From Phoronis australis (taxonomy: Eukaryota > Animalia > Phoronida), in assembly GCA_002633005.1 (NCBI GenBank), contig NMRA01000481.1, forward strand, positions 62,001 to 126,000: 64,000 nucleotides of DNA. Direction: 5' to 3'. The notes beneath the pieces are model-generated. The model was given only the letters and a program-made list of their open reading frames with translations. It ran no database searches and was not told the origin of the DNA. The translations under genes were made by a program, and so were the position numbers. Of this stretch, positions 39,101 to 53,300 are shown piece by piece (positions within the stretch are counted from its first letter, which is position 1; each line of letters begins with the position of its first letter).

Positions 39101-42100
39101 GTTGTCGAGAAATATGCGGTATGGTTTGTCTGACTAGGAGCACCTCTCACAATGAAGGAAGTTAGATGAGCGTACTTCCGATGATAATCATCACATGGAA
39201 TTTATGGGAAATCCATCAGACCTTGATCAATCACAGGCACCATTTGAAAGATGCAGCATCTTGATCGACGTAGACAGTGGCATTAAGTAGTAATAAAAAA
39301 TATTGATTTATGAATTGCTTCAATAAACGAATAGCCAGAAAAAATAAATCGAAACAACACTGAAATCTGTAGTATAGATATTTCGACATTTGATCCTGAT
39401 TTCCTACTGTCATGAACTTGTTTCTTCTTCAAATAAGATTTTTTGTTTTAGAAAGAGCTGACCGTTCTTTATGGCTAAAGACCATGCTTGTAAGTTAAAA
39501 CTGACCTGCTGTGAAAGGGTCTGAACTTGTTGAGCTTAACAGTCTTGGTTAATAACGAATTGTCAATTAATTCTAAGCCCACAAACCAACAATCTGGTTA
39601 CAAACAAATCGATACCACTTTTATGGTGGTAGAACATCTAAATCAAAACTTAACGTCTTTGACGAAATGCGGTTTTACAGCAGATGAAAAAAATGTAACT
39701 AAGATGGAATTACACAAAACACTCTCAAAAGCAGTCGAGGAAAAGAACAGCATGGTGCATGTCACAAAACAGAGTGTGTAGACTCTGAACAGTTTATAAA
39801 TTTCATATAAAAGACTTTGATAAACCAGCTAGAAAATTTTGTAACGAGATTAATTAACTCCGTGAAATGAAAAGCCATACTTCGTTGCAGATAAGCGATG
39901 ATGGATGGGGAAAATGTCTGCGTGAAGGACCGAGTTAAGAAATACTTGAGAGCAGATAAGAATTATCTCAACAAAATGCCTGGGTGTCCAGAATCAATAT
40001 GAGGACTTTTCCATGTGAAAAGATACATGGCATATTTTAAACAAAGGATTTGTAAACAAATTTAGAGTAATCGCTAAAAAATTTATCATTGTCCAAGATA
40101 TACAAAACAAGTGACAGTAATATAAGCCATGTAATCAAGATTGTGCGTTAAAAAATGTAGAGGTATGTTCATATTACAGTTAAATGTCATTAATTTTGGA
40201 TAAAATAACTGCCATAATTGCTCTTTTCAATTTTCACAAGCTTCTAATATTGTTGTGAATGTCCACATTAAAGGTGCTTTTCACATTAGAGGCGAAACTT
40301 CGCTTTTACCAAAGTTTTGGCAAGTGGGAAAGGTTAACTCCAGTATTTAATATGCTGGTGAAACTTCGCTGAAGATAAGCTAGAAAAGCAAAGCTTTGGT
40401 ATTCACCGAAACTTCAGTGTAGTGGGAATGATCAGAGCGAAGCTTCGTCGAAGTTATCTATTGAGGAGGCGTCAACGATATACCATAGATGAGACTCGCA
40501 AAACGTGTTCTTTATTATTGTAGTGTAGCTGTCAACAGACAGACGTAAATAAATAAAAGAAAACACATCTGACGAAGAATGACACTGACCATTTCATTAA
40601 AACTGTCTTGTAAATGGAAGGAGACTAATTTTCAGTTAGCCTCAAAACCCACTACTCAATATTTGTTTGAGAGTACGAAATGAACTGGTCGTCTGGTGTC
40701 TTAACAAAAACTTCAATATCGCTGTCTAATCATAAAGGTAAGCGAGTTAATTCGGCGAAGCTTCAGTACACCAAAGTTCCCCTCATGGAAAACCACCAAT
40801 CTGGTAGTAGCTATGCTACACGGCTTGAAGTCATGGAAAAGCATCAATTTGGTGCTACATAATTATCTTTAATTAACATAATGAGAAAATAATATTTCAC
40901 TAAATGTTCACCATCTTGAGTCCTAAATTGGTGGAACTTGATTGCTGTTGATTGCTGTAGAGTTTGTAGAGTGATTAATAAAGCTAGTACTCTTTGTTTA
41001 AAGTACACCAATTAAGAAAATGTTAACTGTTGAGATCAATACTAAGAAAATGCAAATGTTTACAATGCAAAGCTTCAACACAGCGTTACCACTTCAGTTA
41101 CTGTGGTCTATAGTACTATCGTCAAAACTGGCCAACACATTTACAAATACGCATATGTGCACTCAGGAACAACCAGGTAATTAACTACATTTTTAGCATG
41201 TGCTGTAGTTTCTGGCAAATAATCACGGTCATACAAATGCCTTTTTGCCTATTTAGTTTCAACTTAAGGACTGTCAATGGTTCATGAAACCAGGAAAGTA
41301 ATAGTTGGTAACCGGATCAAAGGGTGGCGATTGCATGTCGCAACCAAGCCTGGTGGACAAAAACTAAAAGCGATGCAGGTCAAGATTCGTGCACAAAGGC
41401 AAAATGTGCATACTTAACTGTAATTGAATTGGTGAATCCTGCTGTGTTTCATGAATATTAAATAACCTCGTTGTTTTAATTGAAACAGCATGACTTTCTA
41501 ATTTGAAATTGGAGGTAATTATCGACACGTTTTTTCAATTCTTGGAAACGTAATGCCACGCCTGCGACGTTTTTGAGTGCGATTTCATATAGCTGGAACA
41601 AAGTAATCCCAGCAAAAACTAACAACAGATACGCTGAGCTTAGTTTAACTGCAATCATTTACACCTTTCTGACGCTGCGCATGTCAGGTGAGCCAAGAAT
41701 AGTAAGGTGTGCATGAATCCTGCCCAGAAATTTACCAGCAATTTATCCAGTATGCTTGCCGCTAGCTCCATCTACAGCTTACATCTAATGATGGTGGATA
41801 TCAAAGCAGTGACATTTTACGATGTATTTCTTAATAGTCTGAGGTCACCACATGCCACGTTACCGCTGCTGTGCAGCGAACAGGAGGTATAGAGGAAGCT
41901 CACGCATAGAACCCATCACCACAATTATGTACGTGACAAAAATCACTTTTCCCTAGAAACCAATGACGAACCTATTCTCCAGAACACTTTTCACATGTAA
42001 CTCTATCCATCTTGGCAAACAAAATTCGAGATCAAATCAGGCAGGAGCAAACAAAGCAATCTAAGACCTGTGAAGAGCATAAGACGAAATTTCAGACTCC

Positions 42101-44314
42101 AGTCTCAGATCATTTCCCATCATTATTTCCATGATCTTCCACTAGACAAGTAAAGTCTCATTCTGAAGTTCCCCATTGGTGCATTTTCCTAAAATAATGT
42201 CAAAGTGTGTAAATAATAAGACTTTGAAAACATAAATATGTCACACGTACTGTTACTGGTCTTCCCCGACACTAAACAGGTGAGTCCCGTGACCCACACA
42301 TTGGCCTCTTCAGGAGTCAAGGCCACAAGGTCAAGTGAGTCGTAGTTCTCGCCGTAGATGATGGAGAAGGCGCTCTCATCCGGATACATGCAGGCGATGT
42401 CTTTACTACGCAGGATGTCGGTGTTCTTCCCAGCACGCACCTCCTTCACCTGGTCCACTGAGACTGAAACACAGGCAAAATTAAAGCTGATAGTATAGGA
42501 AAGGGCGGGGAATTATATATCGCTCAGGGTCCATGACCACCAAATTTGACTTGAAAGCTGGCTTGATCGATCACATTGCATAGAATTTGCAAATCAATTC
42601 AAAGCATGCCATCTGATTGGTCAATATTCAAGTCCAGACTTTAGAAGCCCTGGATTGTCTGAGCCCACCCATAAATCCATCATGTTCACTCACTAGATGT
42701 CTCTGTACATTGGCAGCATCAAGGTTTAACACATTCTTAAATCTGCAGTTTCACAAATGCACATTGGATAATATGGCTTCAAACCCACCGGTCTTCGAAC
42801 GATTCACTTTCAGAATACGCCCAAATGGACAAATCTAAGAACACAAGTAGTAACAAATTACCGAAAAATGACTAAATTGTCAGTGAAATAACAAAAATGG
42901 TGAAGTCTTGTAAAATTAACAGAAGAGCTCGTCTGTAAATGAAACTATTACTGATAAACAATCTTTAAGGACGGTACAAATTCTACAATACGGGACAAAA
43001 ACGATTGTTAAAATTGCCATTTTTTTAATTTCACAGGATTTCCACATTGTTGCAAATGTTCAAAATTTTCCAGATGGAACTGTTTGATAATAGCTACACC
43101 ATACAAGCCAAGTTACTTTAGTTGAGAAATTTGAAAAAGCGAAATTTCACCCATCAGCCATATTTTGTCTAGATAGATTGGGCACAAGACACGTCATTCA
43201 AATTTTGATGGGTTACTGTAACTTAGCCTGGCACAGACACATTTAACTGGGCATTATGGGGAGCCCAGTGTGTCCTGAGTGTGGTCTGATGTTGAAACCC
43301 CTAAACACCTGGTAGAGACTCTTGCCCAGCTTTTTATAGGCTAAGGGACAATCTACTGGATGGCCCTGTTACATGCCTAGAACATACAGCGCGTGGTAAC
43401 AAATGGAAACGTCTGCCCGTCTTCTTAAAGGAGATGGTCAGACTTCAAAACTTCCTTCACGAAGAACCATAAGGTGCTCTCGTGCTTTAGCTCGGGTGTT
43501 TAGTGCAATGGGCCAAACTATGAGGCCTGCGCAACTTTGATGCACCGCAAATGACACCAGGACACCTACTCTGTTTTTTTTATATTTTGTCGCAAACTAA
43601 TGAACCTCTACTGTAACTAGCTAAAGGTTCATTGAATGGTTATTTTGAAGTACACATGATGCACCGGAATGTAAAAGGGCGTTAAGTTTGTTAACCTAAG
43701 TCCTTTGGGGATTGAAAACAATACCACACACGTACGATGATGAATTATTTGGCAATGAGCCAGCAATTCAAGTCACAAGCAATGCATACACGCCTCATTT
43801 TCAAATCTGCAATTTTAGGGCTGGTTAACCATGATTAACTTATGAAGTGTGGTCTTAAGCCACTCATGGTAACAACGCTCTCGCTGACGATGAAATAAAA
43901 TCTGATCACAGTACGGAATATAAGTAGACCAACTTCACGAGAGTAAAAGGTTTAAATCTATTTTTAATATTTATAGCCAGCACAATGTAGCATTAAATTA
44001 AATATTTGAACTGATCACTATTCATATCACGCTGATGTTGAGCATATGATTTGCACATTGTCCAGGCGAATGTCAATGCATTTTCAGTCTGGTTCAATGC
44101 AAGAACACTCTTAGTTTGAATCACTACGGAAGAAAAATTACCAGAGCTGAGATTGTTGAGCTTTATTGTCTTAGATATCTTGAGAGTTGATGCTTTATGC
44201 CTCAAGTTGTTAAAGCATTTATCATTAAATTTGAGAGTTTTTGTCGGGTGTTTTAGATATCTGTCATTTGACAACAACGGATGTCACTGTTTCAAGATTT
44301 AGGAATAAATACAT

Positions 44315-44358
<44 letters not shown>

Positions 44359-47300
44359 ATGTATTCCAGTATTTACGTTCTCTTTTTTTCTGCAATAAAT
44401 ACTGGGTAGCTGTTGCATTGTGGGTCTACACAAGAGCGTGTTCTGTTCAACAGTAGTTATTTAAAAGAAAATTTCCCGACAACATGCATAAATGTTTAAC
44501 TACCTAACAGTACACCTAACCCCCTCCCCCCCCTGGGAATTCAAATGACTGTTAAGTAGAACAAGCAGCAATTAATACTGTTAATGACAGAAGAGATATT
44601 AAGACGATGAGGGGTTCCTGTCGCAGTAATTTTATAGGTTCTTACTGATTACTACTATACCGAGTTATCGGACTAGACGAGTATAAAGATTGACTCAATC
44701 TATTCTAATGCATAACAATATTTCTGGAAGACTGAAATCCAGGAGCTTAACAATATTGATACAGAATAATAAGAAACTGGAGCTCTAGATAGCAGAGGTT
44801 ATAGAACGCAAGTTAGTAAAAGCACGGACAGATTATAGTTTGACCCAATGAGCAATAAGCCGCCAATTGCCAAGAACAACCCAGTGGAACGATACCTTTT
44901 TGTTGCCACTATTGATCAGATGTTATTTAACATTATTCCAAGAATCCTCAATCAATATTATCTGTATTTATTTTTTTTATCAAACCACTTACACAAAGAG
45001 GAGCATAAAGCTTTAATGAATTTGAGTGCAGGGGGTTGAAACAACTCCATAACCCTACCTCTAAATTCCAGACAGGAATCTGCGCATTTCGACCCTCAAG
45101 ATTCTGGGCTCACCTACTCAAAACAGGGATAATAAAACAATTCTCAGTCAGGATCATAAACCCATTCTTATTCTTATCTTATAAATCGGTAAATAAAACA
45201 ACAAGAATGGATCAACTGAAATTTGAAATTTTCGGAGGTAACAACTTCCTTTATCAACAAAAACAGAAATAAAGTAAAATCAAACACAAAATGACAATTG
45301 ACATATCATTACACCATATCTTACATGTCAATTGTCATTTTGTGTTTGATTTTACTTTATTTCTGTTTTTGTTGATAAAGGAAGTTGTTACCTCCGAAAA
45401 TTTCAAATTTCAGTTGATCCATTCTTGTTGTTTTATTTACCGATTTATATTATGCTGTTTACTTATACAGTCCAACAGGGACACTTGGGTGTCAGGAGTA
45501 TGATCCACAATAAACTGCTTTCACTGACCTTGCAAGCCAATTTCAAAAGGCGTATTGCCTGTGAATGACTACTGTAAACTCCTGGGTAAACGCCCATGCC
45601 CAGGTAATTGCCCATCCCCGACTTATGGTCAATTTTCGGTTTAAGCGCCCGTTGCTTGTGTAATCGCCCATCCCCTACTTTGCGCTAATTTCCATGAGCA
45701 CCCACCTCTTGGGTAATCGCCCATCCTCGACTTACCGTTTACAGAACTTGCGCTTGAACCCGTGCTTTTGTTCACACCCTTGCCTCCGACTCAGACTTCT
45801 GTATTTGCGGAAACATGGCATGCTTACACCTGTGTACAATTGTCCCAAAAGTACGTTTTCACCCGGCGTTTGAGGAAGTATTCAAGCACAGCAAACACCT
45901 TTTTTAAATATATCAACCGATCTTTTGTCAATAAACGCCTACTCGGTAGATTTTTATAGAAGTGACGTCTACTATGAGATTAGGCCTACGACGTCATGGT
46001 CGTCACTGACGTAGGTTTGTCTTGGTGACAAGTTTTCGAATTACCTAGTCTAAATTTTTTCATATCAGGCACCCTTTCTGATGCATTTTCGAGTTCAGTA
46101 GATCAAGGTTTTTTGAGACTTTGGCTAGAAGAGCTAAAACTTCGAAACATCGACATGTATTTTCAGACGGAGCAAAAAATTTTGCTAGATTTTTCTCCTG
46201 GGTTGACCCAGATTTGAATTGACCAATCAATCAACTAACCTCTTGATGTAACAGCACGCATACTAGTAGAGCACGTGACTTCTATAGCTTTATTTCATGG
46301 GTCAACCCATACTTGAATTGACCAATTAATCAAATGCCCCTCTCGTAGTAATTGCACGCATAGAGCGCGGGATGTTGATAGATTTATTTCCTCAGATTTA
46401 AATTGAGCAATATTCACACACCCCTCTCGCTGTAACTGCAAACGGTTTGTGTCGGCCAGGAACGAATCGTCCATGTTTTTAATCCAGCGCCAGGTACACT
46501 AAAGAGTGAATCGAAAGTTTATCGGATTCAATATGCAGACGACATTAACAACGACGAGACTGGACCGGAAAAGTTCCAACCAAACACAGTCATACGAACA
46601 ACACTAATGATACAACGATACTGCAAATGAAATGTAGTCCACTTCACTGATCTGAAAGAGTACTTTTGCTGATACGGTAAGTGGACTAGCCAATCGAGTT
46701 TCATGAAGCTCCGTGATACAGCCCGCTAATATATTTGAAAACATCAAGAGTTATTAGCAACATTCTCGCGAAATCACCCTTTCAAAGTCAAAATCCTGTT
46801 TCTGTTTGAGTCATGAGAAACTTTGTAGTTGTCTGGTCCCGCTTCTTGACCAAACTTTCTAGTTACGTGCTCGAATGAACACTGCGCAAGCTTGCCCATT
46901 TCGGCTAAAACTTGGACGTAAGCGCCCACTGCTTGAGTAATCGCCCACCCCGTCTCAGGGTTTCCAAATTTATGCACCCAGTGTGTTAAACTGCAAGTTT
47001 ACGGCAGTTACCCTCCTCCAAGACCAAAATGTAGACTTCACTTCCAGACCCACGAACACCAATCTCACAGTACAAATCCCCAGAACCTAGCTTCAAAACT
47101 ACATATATGTGCCGACAATGCTGCATACACAATGATCAAAATCTAATTCTGGGCAGCAAACTCCAATCCCACAGATCAGTCTGAAATCAGGAATCTGCTC
47201 CCTGGAACTGGAGTTTGGTTATGAGGACTAGAGTTTGGTCAATGGGTAGAGAGCATTTTTAGTGCGCGTTGAACTTAGAAGTGTAAATAAGTCTTTGGAA

Positions 47301-50300
47301 TTGTACAATGGATTTGAGGTCTGTTGGTCCAGGACTAGGGTTCAGAAGACGGTAGATAGAATTTAGAGGTATAAGCCATGGAATCGTTTTCCCCCTGAGA
47401 GCTGTGTCAATGACCCACTGAATAACAACCTGTCATGGCTGTTATACAGTGTTAGTTTTTGCTACACATTCACTGCTACTTACAATTCACAAGGGAGACC
47501 ACTTACTAAATATGAAAGCATTTGAACATTTGTACAAATTAACGATGACCATACACATGCATCCCAGAAGGTCACTTGTTTGAATCATCACTCAGTGCCG
47601 GCACGCAATTGATCAGTTGCTAAAAACTTATGACAATTCATAGTGCAAAAAACTTCCCGCACTCTGTCCGTAAAAAGGACAACTTCAATTGAATAGCGTA
47701 GAACAAAAACAAAAGAATTCACTCTTCACCATCCGCCCATCTTGTCCAATGAAATTTGATGAAGAATCCGTCGGAAGTTGTCTTCATGGTCTTATTTTCT
47801 GTCCCTTAACAGAACTTGATGTTTGCTACTATTTACAGTACACAGAATCACAGCTTGTTTACTGATTATTCGCATTCAAAATTATCTTCTACAATGAACA
47901 GGCGTCAATTTAACACTAACACAAATATGACCACAAACGTAACAGATTTAATAAATCAATCAGGCTGAGAATGACAAAAATGCATTGTTTCGTCTTGCAT
48001 CTAGCACTCACTCTTCTGGACCCTACTTTACTACTAGGTTTTCTGTAGATAAGCTCACGCGATGAGACGTCCATGGGCGAAAATTATGCCAAATAAATGC
48101 TCATGAGCGTTTATTTGGAGTTACAAATTTTGGTATCTTAGTGTCCTAAAAGTGAAACATTTATTTGGAAAATTCCCTCTAAAAAGCCCATGCAGCGTCA
48201 ACTTTTAGCCACAAATTCAGTTTTGTGGAGCATTTATTCATAATAACCAACTGTTGGTGAACAATGTATTTATTACCTTAAAATTAAAAAGCAAAGTTTT
48301 ATGATATCACTGATATTTTCATGTCAGGCGAGGCTATGACTTTCCGTTTACAACAACGCCCTTTTCAGAATAAAAGTCTGGGCATTTATTTGGTGTTAGT
48401 CAAATGCCTCAAGATTTTCGTTTTCTGAACACACGCCCAGAAAATCCCGGAAAAACATCTAATGTTTTTCAGCAAATTTGTACATTGCCTACCAACTCTA
48501 ATTCTAACAAAGAACAACCACAAGGACTGACTGATACAAATTGACATAAATGGGCCAAGCTCAAAACTGTTGTAATAATGAAATCAACTTGAAAATTGAT
48601 TTCGATACCATCCCTGACTGAAATAATAAAACTGTCAAACCTCTGTCAATTACCCTTCTTATCACCTAGAAACACTCTTCTTTCCAAAATTTCTAAACTT
48701 TAACTTATAAATTGCTGCAGAGGTCACATTTGTCTAATTGACATGTGACACATAATTGCCACCACATATTCCTGTATTAAGTTTCATTTAAATCAGTCAA
48801 TCCATTCTCTACATATCATCAGGAAGGCTCTACCCAAAAAATTTCGAAAAGGTCTGTCCCGGCAGATTGAAAAATGGCATTAACCGCTCTTGGTGCTAAT
48901 CTACACCAAAGTGCCAAACTTCACCAAAATACAACAGTTTTCAAACATTGAACAGACTACTGGACAACAGGACAACCAGACAAAATGGCCACTAAGGAAT
49001 GCTCTAGTGGTCAAGTCTATGAGGGGTGGGAATGGCAAAAAATGAGAAAAAAGCAACCCTGTTTTGTAAATTAAACTTTATTTAAGAAAACATTCCTGTT
49101 TTTTGTGAATTCAATTCTATGTAAAACAACCCAGTTTAGAAGCGAACCTGTTTCGGTGAATCAAATGTTTTTTAAAATTGGACTTGTTTTTTCAATCCTG
49201 ACGGCGATTCAGAAAACTAACCCAGGTGTTATGAAAATTGATCGTGTCTTTCATCACTCCTGAGTGTCGGCGTTTCCTAAAACGAATCCCTTATGAAAGG
49301 CCGAGGCCAGCATCAGTAATAACGCTGCTGCTTCCAAGTTCGGCGGATCCAAAAGCCTTCCAGACAAATGCTTGCAAGCTTGTATATATTTCCATCATAA
49401 AAATCGTCAGCAAGAACATGTTCTAGAATATTTTTAATCTCATTAACAATGAACGCCTAAGGTGAGCTCTGCCATTTTCAATCATGTGATAAAACTATTT
49501 TTGCCCCCCACAGAAATAGAATCTCCAAAACAGGATAATTTTCTATTTAAACACGATAGATTTTACATACTCAGTTTACGAATGTTGACTGAATCTCCTG
49601 AACGGGATTGAATTGATGCGTGTAGCGTCTATTATATATCTATGATATAAAATGCATCGTTTGCACAAACTCCGTCTCCCGTGCTCCACTACAGACCTTC
49701 GTTGCACCCGTTTGAGCACCGCCTTAGTCCCAGGTATTGCACTGGCACCCTATTTGTATTCGAGGTCTTCTATTTTTTCTGCCGGGTCGTTTTTTCGCGG
49801 ACGCGGAGAGAGGGTGGCCAGTTTCGTACTGGCCTAGGAGGGATCAGTCCGTCAGCTCAATGGCCTGGGTGGCATCACTCCTTTGGCTTAATTTCACTCC
49901 CTCCGGCTTCTGTCACATATATAATTCATCGGGGGGGGGGTCAGTCGCCGCCAAAATAAATGATGCCCCATACTCTTCCTTCAGCAAAGTAAATTATTTA
50001 GCGATGCGCTCTTTTGGGCGCTATTGCGTCACCTATTGGCCAATTTCCACGTTCTTCGATCAACTGTGAGGTTGCATACATGTCATGACAATCGGAAGTG
50101 GTTTCATTTCGTTATTTTAATACCAGAAAACCCCAATTCAGAACGAGAGATATTGCAAAATTTTAGGAAATGGCACGTATGTGCACTTGTCACGAGTATG
50201 CACTGTTTTAAAAAACGACGACAAATTCTCTTTGTTACAAAAGGCGGAGAATTACGAAAAATAATGTTTACTAGATTGTTTTTTTTGACTTCTGTAACCC

Positions 50301-53300
50301 GCTGTAGGGCAAGGTGAGTGTCGATTCATTCCCAGATTCTGCATGCACCCCTGCAGGTTGTTAGCTCTCTCTCTATATATATATTTAGTTTCACGACAAG
50401 GTGACGAGCTGAGTACTAGGGTTGTGTGAAATTTCGGTGTCTAACTGTACACACGGCTACTTAGCTGTTTGTTGACGATAGCCTTCATACAGCTAACTGG
50501 TTTCTACCTCAGTCTGTACATTTATGATGCAATTTTTGTAAATACATTTATATACTTTGTGTACTATACAGTATTTTTAAATGCATTCTTAATTTTCACT
50601 TTGAAGAATATCTTATTACCGTACCTTGTGTTATGGCAGGGTCAAATATTCTGGAAAGAAATTTGTACTGCCTGGGGAAAGAATCTCGCAGCCGTACACC
50701 TTGCCCACTAAAATCTGACAGAGGCAGAAATTCTGCTTGAAGCTTTGAACGCGGTCTCTTCAAGAAGTATTCCTGTCTCTTGCTATGAACACTCGGTTCA
50801 CTCTATAGGTGTAGCTATTTTCCCTCGGCAATTCGCACGGTTAACGGCTAATGAATCGTTAAAACAGCAACTAACTTTATAAAAGCAATGAATCTTCTAA
50901 ACACTGAGTGCATTTTATTGAGCTGAATTGAATTTCCGAACTAAGATGAATTATCAAACAGGCTTGATTTTTAATTTAAATTGGGTTGAATTAATTAAAT
51001 AGAATTGAATTTATGAAACAGGATTTAATTTCCATTTTAAATAGGATTGACTTTATTAAATTAAATAGAGATGAATTTTCAAAACAAGAGTTGATTTTCT
51101 TTTTTCACAATTTTTCAATTTTGCGCCCCTCATACAAATCCGCCTGAAAATTGTTTGATCCTGTCACATTGACATCACATACCCTTGTCGAGTTTTATAG
51201 AAATCTAACAATTGGATCTTTAGAAATCATCTCCAAAACCCTCTTGAACAATAGTGGAAAGCCTAATGTCAAGCCCAAACTGTCCAATAGAGGTAGCTGC
51301 ACACATAAAAACCATCTGGTGTTGACTGATTACCACATACCTCTGCATCAGAATTCCATTTAATTCGTCTATCATTTCTTGAAATATCAAGCGGAAAAGC
51401 CTCTTTTCAAGACCAAAATGGCCACTAGAGGTTACTACAGAAGTAAATACCATCGGAAAATCGACTGGTGTCAGGTGACTGCTACCAGATACTTCTGCCT
51501 TTAGACTCCATATAACCTGCCTACCAGTTCTCTAAATATTATCAAAAGTACTGAAAAAGCTCCTTGTCAAGACCGAAATGGACACAAGGGGGTGCTGCAG
51601 AGATCAAATCTAGCCGCATGCATCACCCTACCGATGCCTTAAATCCTTGTGCCAAATTTCATTAATGAGAGATATTGAGAGGATAACTGAACAGAACAAC
51701 AGGACAAAATCGCCATTAAGAGGCATTCAGCTAAGCTCAAAACTGAAACAAAATCAACTGGTGGTCATCACATACATCTACGTCATTAGTTTCATTTTTC
51801 ACTTGTTTGTCATCTGGAAAGGCTCTTCCCTCAAAATTAGTGGGAAAGCCCCATGTCGTGACCAAAATGGCCACTGGATGCTGCAGTGGTCGAATGAGTC
51901 CGACAATCATCGTGTGTCAAGTTTCATTGAAATCCATCCAATGGTTCTCTAGATATTACTAGGAAATGCTTTCCTCCCCAAGGCCCTCCTCCTTGGTCCT
52001 GGGGGTGTGACAGACTTGCTAAGTGGCTTACATCACTCTAGTTATACCCCACAAGTGTCAAATTTCCAAGTTAGCCAAATTCAACACTTTTCTAAGGTCC
52101 TACATAACCATATTTACCTAACGTAGTCAGCATCAATCAGAGTTTCCCAGTGGAAGTAGGAATTGTCACGATTTTGATGTTTCACCATAGGTGTCAATAA
52201 CGACAGCTCACAATCAAATAGGATTAAAGGAAATGAACTGAAACAGCTTTGGCATCCTCAGTCTTCCGGAATAAGTTGAAATCCAAGCGAATTACATTTA
52301 ACACCGCGTGAGATTATTGTTGGCAAGCGTAGATCAATAAGCCAGTCAATGTAATTAAAGCAAAGACATAGACTCTTAATTTTTATTTCATTATTACAGC
52401 TAATTTCCGGACCAAGTCAGGTGAACTAGACTGTTCCTAGTTGTGCCGTGTGACAAGAGATGTGGAAAATTACATTATGTAACAGTAGCTATACTTGAAG
52501 CGCTAGACAGAGAAATGATTGGCAAAATTGAAAAACTGAGGTGTATCTATTCAAAAACAGACTTTTTCAACATTGCTACTCTGGGCCCGGTCTCCAATCT
52601 TTTTACTCGAAATGGAACTCGAAATTAGGTTTGGCATTTTCTACTCTACTTTTGGGCGAACTCAAGATAAGTGTCTATTATTCTATGCTCGAGTACACAA
52701 TAACTTACGTAGATAATTTATTGCCCTTAGTTCACAGTTTGTAAACCCAATATTAAAGCAATAAGTTCGAGTTTGAACTCGAAATTTCGAGTTTTTACTA
52801 GAGTTTGTAGCACGAATATAAGGGTCTTCAAGGGCAAAATTGAACTAGAAACTCCTATGCATAAACTATAATGTATTCGAGCACAGTCTGATAACCAATT
52901 ATCTTAAGTTCGCACAAAAGAAGCAGAGAAATTGCCAAAAATAGTTTCAAGTTCGTTTTGAGTACAAAGATTAGAGACTGGGCCCTGAAGACCGTTCAGA
53001 AAGAGACGTCATTTGGAACGCTTTAAGTTATGTAGGGCTCCATCGACTAGTCTGCGTATTCAAACAAATGTCTGCAAAACGACAGATTTAAACTCAGTAA
53101 AAATATGTATTTTCCAAAAGAAGAAAGCGTATAGAATTTAAAACTTGAATTTGTACCAATCTGCCGCTAATTGCGTCAGGTGACAATTGGCTTTTTAGTA
53201 AAAATCAGCAAAATGGAAAGGTTACATCCATCATAGCAAAACAACAGTATAACATGGCGAAATTCTGTTTGATATGTAATGTTCAAGATGATATCTCAAA

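Noticed and set aside
39881-39917. 37-nt candidate PLCL exon (minus strand, [13 protein letters not shown]) with the phase needed between the PH and EF exons
   Set aside because: No similarity to PLC linkers; 34955-34994 fits the phase too and gives MRER-W. It could only be a mutually exclusive alternative, with no supporting evidence.
43200-43570. Possible SINE/LINE remnant (also 11700-12010 with a TAA-rich tail)
   Set aside because: No second copy, Pol III boxes or coding similarity that I can point to within the window.
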